Source of the DNA: an uncultured Chloroflexia bacterium
GTDB lineage: Bacteria > Chloroflexota > Limnocylindria > Limnocylindrales > CSP1-4
Assembly (NCBI GenBank): GCA_963840375.1
Contig: CAWIYR010000002.1
Span: 896,613-960,612 of the forward strand
Length of the DNA: 64,000 nucleotides
Reading direction: 5' to 3'
Shown: positions 7,649 to 18,077 of the stretch, piece after piece
Layout of the letters: each line of letters begins with the position of its first letter
Numbering within the stretch: position 1 is the stretch's first letter
Program-made: the position numbers and the translations under genes
Notes under the pieces: generated by a model
The model's input: only the letters and a program-made list of their open reading frames with translations
The model's database searches: none
What the model was told of the DNA's origin: nothing

Positions 7649-9289
7649 TCAGGCGGGTGGTCGGACCCCGGGCCGACGGCGGGCGTCTCCGTCACCGGCC
7701 AGAAGGGTGTCGGCCATCGCGTTGGCCTGGGCGGCCGCGTTCGGGGACCCGGTCATCGCATAGAGGAACGACTCGCGGTCGAGCGCCCACAGCTCGAGGT
7801 CCCCGACCGCGGTCACGGTGGCCGTTCGGGGGATGTCGCGGAGCAGGGCGATCTGGCCGAACGGGTCGCCGGGTCCGAGCGTTCGGATGAGCCGGTCGCC
7901 CTGGCTCACCGCCACGGTCCCGGTGGCCAGGACGTAGAAGCGGTCGCCGATGTCGCCCTCCCGGATGACGACCGTCCCGGCGGGCATCGTCAGCCGGACC
8001 AGGTTCCGGGCGACGACCTCGAGGGCCGGTGCCGGGACCGGGGCGAACAGGGCGAGCCGACGGAGGATCTCGATCTCCCGGACGGGGATCCGGACCCCGG
8101 CCTCCACGCCCACGAGCCGGGATGCGGACGCGAGCACGACGACCGGCAGGAAGGCCGCGGTCAGCAGCGTGGCGCCGGCCAGCCCGAGCGCTCCGTAGGC
8201 GACCGTCGCGAAGACCGAGCCGACCGCGAGACCGGCCATGGCGAAGCCTTCGACGAGCCCGAAGACCCCGGCGAGCACCTCACCGGGTGAGATCCGCTGG
8301 AGGAGCGTCCGCCCGGCGACGTCGACGACCGCGAGCCCGATCCCGCCGATGACCAGCAGGACGAGCGCGACCGCGGTGACCTGGACCCCGGCCACGATGG
8401 CGAAGGCCGTGCCCCAGACCGCCGCACCGACCGCCAGCCAGCCGGAGAGACGGCCGCGCCCCACGAGGACGAGCGTCGTGGCACCCCCCAGGACACCACC
8501 CAGGCCCAGGGCCGCATTGAGGTAGCCGGCCCCCGATCCGCCGATGCCCAGGGATTCGGTCGCGTGGAGCACGAGCAGGACGTCGAGCGCGCCGATCGCC
8601 GCGAACCGGCCGGCCAGGATGAGCACCACCAGGAGACGGTTGGCATCGCCGAGCACCGCCCGCGCGCCGTCGAGCAGGCCCGGCGTCGCGGCGGCCGGCT
8701 CGGGCGGCGGCGCCGCCCGTGTCGGCGCGTCGGGTGTCCTCGACCCGTCGGTCGGCGCCGGTGCTTCCGTCGCCGGGTGAGCCGAGCGCGCCCTGACCGT
8801 CGCGACGAGCCCGGCCGAGACCAGGCACAGCAGCGCCGCCGCGACGTAGACGCTCCCGGGCGACCAGACCGCCATGAGGAGCCCGGCCGCGAGCGGGCCG
8901 AAGAGGACGCCCCAGCCCTCGAAGATCGCGTTGATCGCGTTGGCCGAGGTGAGCTCCTCGGCCGTGTCGGCATATGCCGGCAGGATCGCACCCTGGATCG
9001 GCCGGGGCATCGTCACGGCCGAGGCGGCGACGATGGCGCAGGCGTAGACGACGGCGGGTGGCGCGCCGGCGACGATCGCCAGGCCCGTGGCCAGGCTCGC
9101 CAGGCCCAGGAGCAGGTAACCGGCGAGCAGCACCCGGTCGCGCCGGTACCGATCGCCGAGGCTTGCCGCGAGCGGCGCGAAGACGACCGCCGGGACGAGC
9201 TGGATGACCGCGATCGCCCCGACCGAGGCCGGGCCCGTCGCCTCGTAGGCGAACACGAGGATGGCAACCCAGGTCCCGTACTCGACCAC
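7649..9289 (-). CDS. MFS transporter fused to a C-terminal cyclic-nucleotide-binding (cNMP/Crp-like) domain
   Basis: About 12 TM helices, followed by ...LALFAPVPAPALEVVARNLVRLTMPAGTVVIREGDIGDRFYVLATGTV...GPGDPFGQIALLRDIPRTATV. MFS-like sequence (LTSFRRVLANRDLRRLELAYLGFN) continues upstream of the GTG at 9289 without a canonical start codon. Confidence 0.8.
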   Translation of the reverse strand: MVEYGTWVAILVFAYEATGPASVGAIAVIQLVPAVVFAPLAASLGDRYRRDRVLLAGYLLLGLASLATGLAIVAGAPPAVVYACAIVAASAVTMPRPIQGAILPAYADTAEELTSANAINAIFEGWGVLFGPLAAGLLMAVWSPGSVYVAAALLCLVSAGLVATVRARSAHPATEAPAPTDGSRTPDAPTRAAPPPEPAAATPGLLDGARAVLGDANRLLVVLILAGRFAAIGALDVLLVLHATESLGIGGSGAGYLNAALGLGGVLGGATTLVLVGRGRLSGWLAVGAAVWGTAFAIVAGVQVTAVALVLLVIGGIGLAVVDVAGRTLLQRISPGEVLAGVFGLVEGFAMAGLAVGSVFATVAYGALGLAGATLLTAAFLPVVVLASASRLVGVEAGVRIPVREIEILRRLALFAPVPAPALEVVARNLVRLTMPAGTVVIREGDIGDRFYVLATGTVAVSQGDRLIRTLGPGDPFGQIALLRDIPRTATVTAVGDLELWALDRESFLYAMTGSPNAAAQANAMADTLLAGDGDARRRPGVRPPA

Positions 9290-9475
9290 GTTGAACCCGA
9301 GGTAGGCGAGCTCGAGGCGGCGCAGGTCCCGGTTGGCGAGGACGCGTCGGAACGAGGTCAGGGCGATGCCGACGCGGCCCGTCGTGCTGGGCAGGGCGGT
9401 CTCTCCGGTCGCTCATCGGCGCCGCTGGCCGGGCCGTGGGTGAGCAGAGTAGCGCCTCGGCGACTCGCTACACTT

Positions 9476-9489
9476 GGTGTCTCGACACC
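9476..9489. promoter_or_regulatory. Perfect palindrome GGTGTC-tc-GACACC upstream of the ALDH gene (candidate operator)
   Basis: A 14-bp dyad 64 bp upstream of the ATG at 9553, in the divergent MFS/ALDH intergenic region. It has a GntR-type GT..AC architecture. Confidence 0.3.
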
Positions 9490-9552
9490 TGGACGATTCG
9501 CCGCCTCTCGCGCTCGACCGGGAGCCCCTCGCTCGACAGACGGAGCACCACG

Positions 9553-11133
<1,581 letters not shown>

Positions 11134-11157
11134 CCGGTCGCTCCCCTGATGGCCGTC

Positions 11158-11166
11158 TGGTAGACT
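11158..11166 (+). promoter_or_regulatory. Candidate extended -10 promoter element (TGGTAGACT) for the aminotransferase gene
   Basis: TGnTAnnnT-type element in the only AT-richer stretch between 11134 and 11247. Confidence 0.3.
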
Positions 11167-11247
11167 CCGCTCCAGTATCCACTCTGCATACTTTCTATTC
11201 GTCCGCGGGCCCGTCGTCGCCCCGGCCACAGCATCGAGAGGTGTCCC

Positions 11248-12612
11248 GTGACCCAGGCTTCGTCGCGTCTCGCCGGTACCCGTCCCGTCCCGCACCTGGT
11301 GACCGAGATCCCCGGTCCCAAGGCACGGGCGCACGTGACCTACGACGAGCAGTGGACGTCGCCGAGCCTGCCCCGGGCCTACCCGATCGTGCCCGTCCGC
11401 GGCGAGGGCCTCACCGTCGAGGACATCGACGGCAACCTGTTCCTCGACTTCGCGGCGGGGATCGCCGTCAACTCGACCGGCCACAGCCATCCGCAGGTCG
11501 TCGCGGCGATCAAGGAGCAGGCGGCTGAGCTCATCCATTTCAGCGCGTCGGACTTCTACCTGCCGATCTACGCCGAGACCTGCGAGCGGCTCGCGGCGCT
11601 CGCCCCGATCGACGGCCCGAAGCGGGTCTACCTCGGCAACTCGGGGGCCGAGGTCGTGGAGGCCGCGATCAAGCTGGCCCGCTATGCGACCCACCGTCCG
11701 TACGTGGTCGCCTTCCTCGGCGCGTTCCACGGCCGGACCTACGGCGCGGTCAGCCTGACCGCCTCGAAGGCGAAGTACCACGCCGGGTTCGGACCGCTCC
11801 TGCCGGGCGTCTTCCACGCCCCGTACGGGCGGGTCGAGGACCTGCGCTGGTTCGACGAGGTCCTCTTCGACAAGCTCGCCCCGGCCAGCGAGATCGCGGC
11901 GATCATCGTCGAGCCGATCCAGGGCGAGGGCGGCTACGTCGTCCCGGAGGACGGCTTCCTGCAGGGCCTCCGGGCGCTCTGCGACAAGCACGGCATCGTG
12001 CTCATCGCCGACGAGATCCAGTCCGGCGCCGGGCGGACCGGGACGATGTGGGCGGTGGAGCACTGGGGCGTCCAGCCGGACATCCTCCTGAGCGCCAAGG
12101 GGATCGCCAGCGGCATGCCCCTCGGGGCGATGATCGCCCGGGCGTCCCTGCTCGAAGCCTGGGGTGTCGGTGCCCACGGGTCGACGTACGGCGGCAATCC
12201 GGTCGCCTGTGCCGCGGCGCTGGCGACGGTCGACCTCCTCGAGGGCGGGCTCACCGAGAACGCCCGGGTCCGCGGCGAGCAGGCGTTCGTCGGCCTGGCC
12301 GCGATCCAGGCGCGCTTCCCGGTGCTCGTCGAGGACGTCCGGGGGAAGGGCCTGATGATCGGCGTCCAGTTCGACACCCCCGCGCACGCCGAGGAGGTCC
12401 AGTGGGCCTGCTTCGTGCGCGGCCTGCTCGTCCTCGAATGCGGCAGTCGGAGCGTGCGGATGTCGCCGCCTCTGACGGTCAGCGAGGCCGAGATGGCGAC
12501 CGCGCTCCGGATCTTGGGCGAGGCGGTGGCCGCGGTCGCCGGGGAGCACGGCGAGGTCCTCGCGGCGGCGACGGCCGCCCACGCCGTCACCGGCGTCGAG
12601 TCCGCGATCTAG
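11248..12612 (+). CDS. gabT: Class-III aminotransferase, 4-aminobutyrate aminotransferase-like
   Basis: GNSGAEVVEAAIKLAR, FHGRT, IVEPIQGEGG, DEIQSGAGRTG, SAKGIASG (PLP lysine). It follows the ALDH gene, as in GABA/proline catabolic pairs. Confidence 0.75.
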   Translation: MTQASSRLAGTRPVPHLVTEIPGPKARAHVTYDEQWTSPSLPRAYPIVPVRGEGLTVEDIDGNLFLDFAAGIAVNSTGHSHPQVVAAIKEQAAELIHFSASDFYLPIYAETCERLAALAPIDGPKRVYLGNSGAEVVEAAIKLARYATHRPYVVAFLGAFHGRTYGAVSLTASKAKYHAGFGPLLPGVFHAPYGRVEDLRWFDEVLFDKLAPASEIAAIIVEPIQGEGGYVVPEDGFLQGLRALCDKHGIVLIADEIQSGAGRTGTMWAVEHWGVQPDILLSAKGIASGMPLGAMIARASLLEAWGVGAHGSTYGGNPVACAAALATVDLLEGGLTENARVRGEQAFVGLAAIQARFPVLVEDVRGKGLMIGVQFDTPAHAEEVQWACFVRGLLVLECGSRSVRMSPPLTVSEAEMATALRILGEAVAAVAGEHGEVLAAATAAHAVTGVESAI

Positions 12613-12706
12613 GGCACTCGCCCACATCGCGACAGGTTCGAGCCGAAGGTTGGGCCCGGGTCAAGGCGCGCACTCGCGGCGAAGGGTCCGCCCGGCAGAG
12701 ACTCCC

Positions 12707-12880
12707 GATATCACGGGCATTGTTAGGCGGCGGGCTTCGCCGCCCGCGGTCCCGCCGTCAAAGGCCCTACCCGCATGGATACGTTTGGCAGTGATATTCC
12801 GGTCGACAAGGGGCGCTTGATGGGGCTCCATGCCCGACCTCGCGGTGCGAGCGCCGTTTCCTAACAATGGTGGTGATACC
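12707..12880. repeat. 174-bp element bounded by 21-bp imperfect inverted repeats of the ATCAC-N3-CATTG family (MITE/REPIN-like)
   Basis: Left arm GATATCACGGGCATTGTTAGG (12707-12727). Right arm CCTAACAATGGTGGTGATACC (12860-12880), whose reverse complement matches 17/21 positions. An internal partial core lies at 12791-12797. It sits between convergent genes. Confidence 0.7.
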
Positions 12881-12917
12881 GAGGCCGCCAGCAGCCGCAG
12901 GGACTGCCGAAACGGGA

Positions 12918-14132
12918 TCAGCTCGTCGCGCCCTCTTGCGCCGCGCTCAGGTCCGACGACCAGAGCCGGAGCGCGATCGTCGCCAGCCCGACGAGGATGC
13001 CGATGCCCATGATCGGGCTGCCGATCCGCTTGAGCTCGGGCGACGCCGCGATGAGTCCCAGCAGGAAGATGGCCAGCCCGAGGTTCACCGCCCAGAAGAC
13101 GACCTGACCGGCCCACGGCCAGCGATCCTGGCGGTCGGCCGCCAGCCCGAGGGCGAGACCGAAGATCAGGTTCGTCATGACCCCGATGAACGCGGCGTGG
13201 TCGCTCGCCACCAGGACGCCGGTCGGGATCTTGTTCGGGTCGCCGGTCGAGATGAACAGGAAGACCACGTATAGGAAGATCGCGGTCGCGATGATGACGA
13301 AGACCGCCGCCATCGCGATGTGCCGGCTCGGCGTACCGCTCCGCCAGTCCGAGCGGAGGGCGTGGGGGAGGACCCGACGGGCGAAGAACCCGACCGCGAC
13401 CAGCTCGACGAGCAGGTAGATCCCGCCGACCGCCTGGACGGCGCTCTGGTCGAGGAGGAGCAGGGTGACCGCAAGGATGAGGCCGCCGCCGAACAGGGCG
13501 CCGACCTGGACCAGGCCGCCCCCCGACCGCGGCGTCAGCCCCATCAGGCGCCACTCGATGAGGCCCATCGCGATGAGGATGAGATAGCTGAAGACCATCG
13601 TCGCCGCGTGGGCGCCGATCGCGTCGCCGTTGGCCGGGAAGAGGTTCGTCGCGAGCGCCCCCTGGACCTGGAGCAGGACCCCGATGACCGCCCCGTAGGC
13701 GAACGTCGTCAGGCCCAGGGCGAGGGCCAGCGCGGGCAGGGAGCGCTGGGCCATCGCCACCCGCCAGGCCCAGACCAGGAGCCAGAGGATCGCCAGGAGC
13801 AGGAGGGTGCCGGTCAGCGCCCGGGCCGGGTAGTTGCCGCTGTAGAACGCGAGCACGTAGACCGGGACCACGATCGCGAACGTCCAGGCCAGGGCGCGAT
13901 CGCCCGACCCGGCCAGCCAGAAGGCGCTGGCCATGATCGCCAGGGTGATCCAGCCGAGGGTCCCGGCGTGGACGTGGGTGAGCAGCGTGTTGCGCATCTC
14001 GGGCGGGCTGAAGTCGACGAGGTCGAGCCCGTTGAGGATCCCGATGGCGACGGTGATGACGAACATCGCCAGCGCCATGCTGTACAGAGCGCGGGACAGC
14101 CGCGGCCAACCGGCCGCATCCGCTCCGGACAT
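12918..14132 (-). CDS. Polytopic membrane protein of unknown function (about 12 TM, conserved His motifs)
   Basis: Highly hydrophobic 404-aa product. It has His-containing TM motifs THVHAGTLGW, GAHAATMVF and SDHAAFIGVMTN. I do not recognise a family. Confidence 0.6.
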   Translation of the reverse strand: MSGADAAGWPRLSRALYSMALAMFVITVAIGILNGLDLVDFSPPEMRNTLLTHVHAGTLGWITLAIMASAFWLAGSGDRALAWTFAIVVPVYVLAFYSGNYPARALTGTLLLLAILWLLVWAWRVAMAQRSLPALALALGLTTFAYGAVIGVLLQVQGALATNLFPANGDAIGAHAATMVFSYLILIAMGLIEWRLMGLTPRSGGGLVQVGALFGGGLILAVTLLLLDQSAVQAVGGIYLLVELVAVGFFARRVLPHALRSDWRSGTPSRHIAMAAVFVIIATAIFLYVVFLFISTGDPNKIPTGVLVASDHAAFIGVMTNLIFGLALGLAADRQDRWPWAGQVVFWAVNLGLAIFLLGLIAASPELKRIGSPIMGIGILVGLATIALRLWSSDLSAAQEGATS

Positions 14133-14308
14133 CGCGAGTGTCTCCCTCCGGAGGTCGCCCACCGCCGAGGCTCCGCGAGCCGAAACGGGCACCTCCTCGA
14201 CGCATCCTAGCAAGCGACCACGACCCGGGGGAGACCCCGCCTGCGCTAGACTCGGGACGACCGAGCGGTGCCGGAGGGACCGGCGCCCGGGTCGCCTCAG
14301 GAGGGTGG

Positions 14309-15229
14309 ATGTCCTCGAAGGTCGCCACGATGCACGACGCCGTGGCGGCGCTGGTCCGCGACGGCGACACGGTCGCGATCGAGGGCTTCACCCACCTCAT
14401 CTCGTTCGCGGCCGGACACGAGATCATCCGCCAGGGCCGACGCGACCTGACCCTCGCCCGGCTGACCCCGGATGTCATCTACGACCAGATGATCGCCGCG
14501 GGGGTCGCCCGCAAGCTCATCTTCAGCTGGCTCGGCAACCCCGGCGTCGGCGGGTTGAACGCGATCCGGCGACGGATCGAGGACGCCGATCCGGCGCCCC
14601 TCGAGGTCGAGGAGTACAGCCACTTCGGGATGGTCGGACGGTACACCGCCGGCGCGGCGAACCTGCCTTTCTACCCGCTCCGGAGCTACTTCGAGACGGA
14701 CCTGCCGAAGGCGAACCCGCTCATCCGCGAGATCGAGTCGCCCTACGGCGACGGGAAGGTCTACGCGGTCCCGCCCCTCCGCCCGGATGTCACGATCATC
14801 CACGCCCAGCGCGCCGACGCCGCCGGCAACACCCAGGTCTGGGGCCTCCTGGGCTGCCAGAAGGAGGCGGCGTTCGCCGCGCAGCGGGTCATCGTGGTGG
14901 TCGAGGAGCTCGTGGACGAGACCGTCGTCCGGGCCGACCCGAACCGGACGATCATCCCGGGGCTCATCGTGGACGCCGTGGTGGTCGAGCCATGGGGTGC
15001 CCATCCCTCGTACGTCCAGGGCGTCTACGACCGCGACAACCGGTTCTACCTCGACTGGGACCCGATCAGCCGCGACGAGGCCGCGGTGCAGGCGTGGCTG
15101 CGCGAATGGGTCTACGACCTCGACGGTCGAGCGGCATACGTGGAGAAGCTCGGGTCGGAACGGATCGCCTCCCTCCGACCGTCCGGGACGGCCCCGTCCG
15201 GCCCGGTCGACTACGGGGAGTACCGATGA
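14309..15229 (+). CDS. CoA-transferase subunit A (glutaconate/3-oxoacid CoA-transferase family)
   Basis: MSSKVATMHDAVAALVRDGDTVAIEGF... with a GGAGG RBS upstream. Its stop overlaps the subunit B start (ATGA at 15226-15229). Confidence 0.85.
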   Translation: MSSKVATMHDAVAALVRDGDTVAIEGFTHLISFAAGHEIIRQGRRDLTLARLTPDVIYDQMIAAGVARKLIFSWLGNPGVGGLNAIRRRIEDADPAPLEVEEYSHFGMVGRYTAGAANLPFYPLRSYFETDLPKANPLIREIESPYGDGKVYAVPPLRPDVTIIHAQRADAAGNTQVWGLLGCQKEAAFAAQRVIVVVEELVDETVVRADPNRTIIPGLIVDAVVVEPWGAHPSYVQGVYDRDNRFYLDWDPISRDEAAVQAWLREWVYDLDGRAAYVEKLGSERIASLRPSGTAPSGPVDYGEYR

Positions 15230-16020
15230 GCGGCGGGACGACCGGCAGCGGCTTCTCGAAGTCCGAGATGATGATCGTGGCCGCCGCCCGCGAGCTGGCC
15301 GGCCAGCACGTCTGCTTCGTCGGCGTCGGGCTGCCCAACATCGCGGTCAACCTCGCCAAGCGGACGGTCGCGCCGGACCTCGAGCTGGTCTACGAAGCCG
15401 GCGTGTTCGGCGCCCGGCCGGCCCGGCTGCCGCTCAGCATCGGCGATCCGACGATCGTGACCGGCGCGACGGCCGTCACGAGCATGTTCGAGCTGTTCAG
15501 CTTCTACCTCCAGGGCGGGCTCATCGACGTCGGCTTCCTGGGCGCCGCCCAGATCGACCGGTTCGGCAACATCAACACGACGGTCATCGGCGACGACTAC
15601 CACCACCCGAAGACCCGGCTGCCCGGCTCGGGCGGCGCCTGCGAGATCGCCATCAACGCCCGCCAGGTGTTCGTGATCATGCGCCAGTCGAAGCGCTCCT
15701 TCGTCGAGCGGATCGACTTCCGGACGAGCCCCGGCAACCTCGGCGGCGCCGAGAACGCCACCCGGATCCGCCGCGAGCAGGGCTGGCTGGGCCGCGGGCC
15801 GAGCGTCGTCGTCACCGACCTCGGGATCTACCACTTCGACGACGACGGCGAGATGCGCCTCGACTCGCTCCACCCCGGCGCCACCCTCGAGGCCGTCCGC
15901 GAGACGATCGGCTGGGAGCCGAGGGTGGCCCCCGACCTCGCGACCACGCCCGAGCCGACTCCCCAGGAGCTGCAGCTCATCCGGGTCGAGCTCGATCCCG
16001 AGGGCGCCTACACGAAGTGA
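15226..16020 (+). CDS. CoA-transferase subunit B
   Basis: ...FLGAAQIDRFGNINTTVIG...LPGSGGACEIA... The catalytic-Glu region is typical of family I CoA-transferase beta subunits. Confidence 0.85.
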   Translation: MSGGTTGSGFSKSEMMIVAAARELAGQHVCFVGVGLPNIAVNLAKRTVAPDLELVYEAGVFGARPARLPLSIGDPTIVTGATAVTSMFELFSFYLQGGLIDVGFLGAAQIDRFGNINTTVIGDDYHHPKTRLPGSGGACEIAINARQVFVIMRQSKRSFVERIDFRTSPGNLGGAENATRIRREQGWLGRGPSVVVTDLGIYHFDDDGEMRLDSLHPGATLEAVRETIGWEPRVAPDLATTPEPTPQELQLIRVELDPEGAYTK

Positions 16021-16073
16021 CCCGGACGTCGGCGTCGGCCGAGCCCGGCCGTCGCGCCCGGAGCGCCCACCCC

Positions 16074-16541
16074 CTAGTTGAGCGTGGGCGGGATCTCGTC
16101 CTCGGCCTGGCGGACCACGAGGACCGGACACCCGGCCCGATGGACGACGTGGTCCGAGACGCTACCGAGCAGGAACCGCCCGACGGTGCTCCGGCCGTGG
16201 GTCCCGACCACGATGAGGTCGGCGCCCTCGGCGTCGGCGGCGGCGACGATCCCGTCACCCGGCTCGCCTTCCCAGATGAGGAACCGGGCATCGGCGCCCT
16301 CGGCCCTCGCCCGGTTCACGACCGCCTGGGCCTCGCGGGCGCGGACCTCACGAGGATCCCGGTCGCCGCGCCGCCCCGGGCCCGACCCCTTGGCCGGCTC
16401 GAGCACGGTGACCACGAGGAGCTTGACGTCGAGCCGCACGGCCAGGTCGATGGCGTGTTCCGTCGCGGCGCTCGAGGCGCCGGTCAGGTCGGTCGCGAGA
16501 AGGATCGTCTCGACACGCGGCATGACGGTCAGCGCTTCCAT
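16074..16541 (-). CDS. Universal stress protein (UspA family)
   Basis: ILLATDLTGAS...LLVVTVLEP...ADLIVVGTHGRSTVGRFLLGSVSDHVVHRAGCPVLVVR. An alternative start lies at 16523. Confidence 0.85.
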   Translation of the reverse strand: MEALTVMPRVETILLATDLTGASSAATEHAIDLAVRLDVKLLVVTVLEPAKGSGPGRRGDRDPREVRAREAQAVVNRARAEGADARFLIWEGEPGDGIVAAADAEGADLIVVGTHGRSTVGRFLLGSVSDHVVHRAGCPVLVVRQAEDEIPPTLN

Positions 16542-16567
16542 GGCGGTCCGGGTTCTGTGGCCCGCTG

Positions 16568-17971
16568 CTAGGCCAGCAGGGCCTTGACGATGGTGTCGAT
16601 GTCCGATGCCTTGGGGACGACGATGAGCGTCGTGACCATGCCGAACATGCCGTTCGGACCTTCGACGTGGGGCAGGATGTGGCAGTGGAACGCCCAGATC
16701 CCGGGGGTGGTCGCCTTGATGAGGACGTCCCACCGCTCACCCGGATTGACCCCCAGGGTGTCGCATTCGAAGGCCGCGCTGCCGAGCGGGATGCCGTCCC
16801 GGGCGACGGCCTTCATCCGGATCCCGTGGAGATGCCACGGGTGCATCATGATCCCCTCGTTCATGAACCGGATGCGGACGGTCTCGCCCATCGCGGCCAG
16901 GACCGGCACCGTCGCCGGGAAGCCGTGGCCGTTGATCGTGAACCCACCCAGCTCATCGTTCGAGATCCAGGTGTACTCGCGGTCCGCCTTCTCCGAACCG
17001 TCCTTCGGATCGACGATGAACGGGCCCAGGAGGCCTCGACCGACCTGGTCTGTGGCGTTGTGATGGGAGTGGTACATCAGCGAGCCGGTGCTCTTGGCCA
17101 CGAACTCGTAGCCGTACGTCGCGCCCGGGACGATCGGCACCTGGGTGACGAACGGGACGCCATCCTGGAAGAAGTCGTCGAACTCCACGCCGTGGAAGTG
17201 GACGCTGGTCGTCTCGGTCAGCTTGTTCGTGAAGTTGACCTTGACCTTGTCGCCCTCGTTCACCCGGATCGTCGGGCCCGGCCACTGCTTGTTGTAGCCG
17301 AGCGCGGAGACCGGTGGCAGGATCTCGTCGATCTGCTGGAAATGGGAATCGATCGTCAGGTCGAAGACCTTGACGTCGCCGACCACCTTCGGCTTCAGCG
17401 GATCGACGAGGTCCTGGAGGACGAGCTGCGTGCCGACCTGCATGAAGGCGGGCTTCTGGCTCAGCTCCGGGTAGCCGTCGGCGGCCCCGAGGATCTCGAC
17501 CAGCTTCGCGAAGACCACCGGCCCGTAGATGTCCTTGAAGGCCGGCGCCAGGTTCCCGATGTACCGCCGGACCCGCCGTCGGGCGTCGACGTCGTGGGAG
17601 GTCCAGCCGGGCGGGATCGGCTCGGTCGCCCCGGCCGACGCCGCCGCGGAGGGTGCGGCCGACGGTGCCGCGGAGGCCGGTGCCTGGCTGGCTGCGGCGG
17701 TCGCGGCCGCCGAGGCGGCGGCGCTGGCCGGCGCGCTCGAGGCCCCGGCGGTCGGAGCCTTGGTCACGGACGGACCGTACGTCCAGGTGGGGGCGGCGGC
17801 CGGCGCGCACGCGGCGATCGTCGCGGCGACGATCCCACCGCCGGCGATGGCCGCGCCGCGCAGGAATCCACGCCGGGACAGGCCGCTCGCGACGGCCTGG
17901 TCGGCGTCGTCCGAGGATGGGTCGGTCGAGGTCGGGGGAAGCAAGGGGTCGTGCGAGACGCTGGTTTCCAT
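16568..17971 (-). CDS. Tat-exported two-domain multicopper oxidase (small-laccase-like)
   Basis: Twin-arginine signal SRRGFLRGAAIAG. Ala/Ser/Pro linker. Copper motifs HFHG, YHSHH, HPWHLHG and HCHILPHVEGPNGM. Confidence 0.85.
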   Translation of the reverse strand: METSVSHDPLLPPTSTDPSSDDADQAVASGLSRRGFLRGAAIAGGGIVAATIAACAPAAAPTWTYGPSVTKAPTAGASSAPASAAASAAATAAASQAPASAAPSAAPSAAASAGATEPIPPGWTSHDVDARRRVRRYIGNLAPAFKDIYGPVVFAKLVEILGAADGYPELSQKPAFMQVGTQLVLQDLVDPLKPKVVGDVKVFDLTIDSHFQQIDEILPPVSALGYNKQWPGPTIRVNEGDKVKVNFTNKLTETTSVHFHGVEFDDFFQDGVPFVTQVPIVPGATYGYEFVAKSTGSLMYHSHHNATDQVGRGLLGPFIVDPKDGSEKADREYTWISNDELGGFTINGHGFPATVPVLAAMGETVRIRFMNEGIMMHPWHLHGIRMKAVARDGIPLGSAAFECDTLGVNPGERWDVLIKATTPGIWAFHCHILPHVEGPNGMFGMVTTLIVVPKASDIDTIVKALLA

Positions 17972-18077
17972 GGCGGGCAGTCTCCCGGTGCGGCTGGATG
18001 AGGCGGTAGGGACGTCCGGCCCATCCTCGCGGGCCGGACGGCAGAAGCCTACCCGTCCGGGCTGCTAGGCTCACGTC

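Noticed and set aside
17618-17758. DNA-level tandem repeats inside genes (also 24361-24538 and 61290-61400)
   Set aside because: These encode Ala/Ser/Pro- or Ala/Gly/Thr-rich linker segments of the multicopper oxidase, the NlpC/P60 hydrolase and a membrane protein. They are in-frame coding low-complexity regions, not independent repeat elements.
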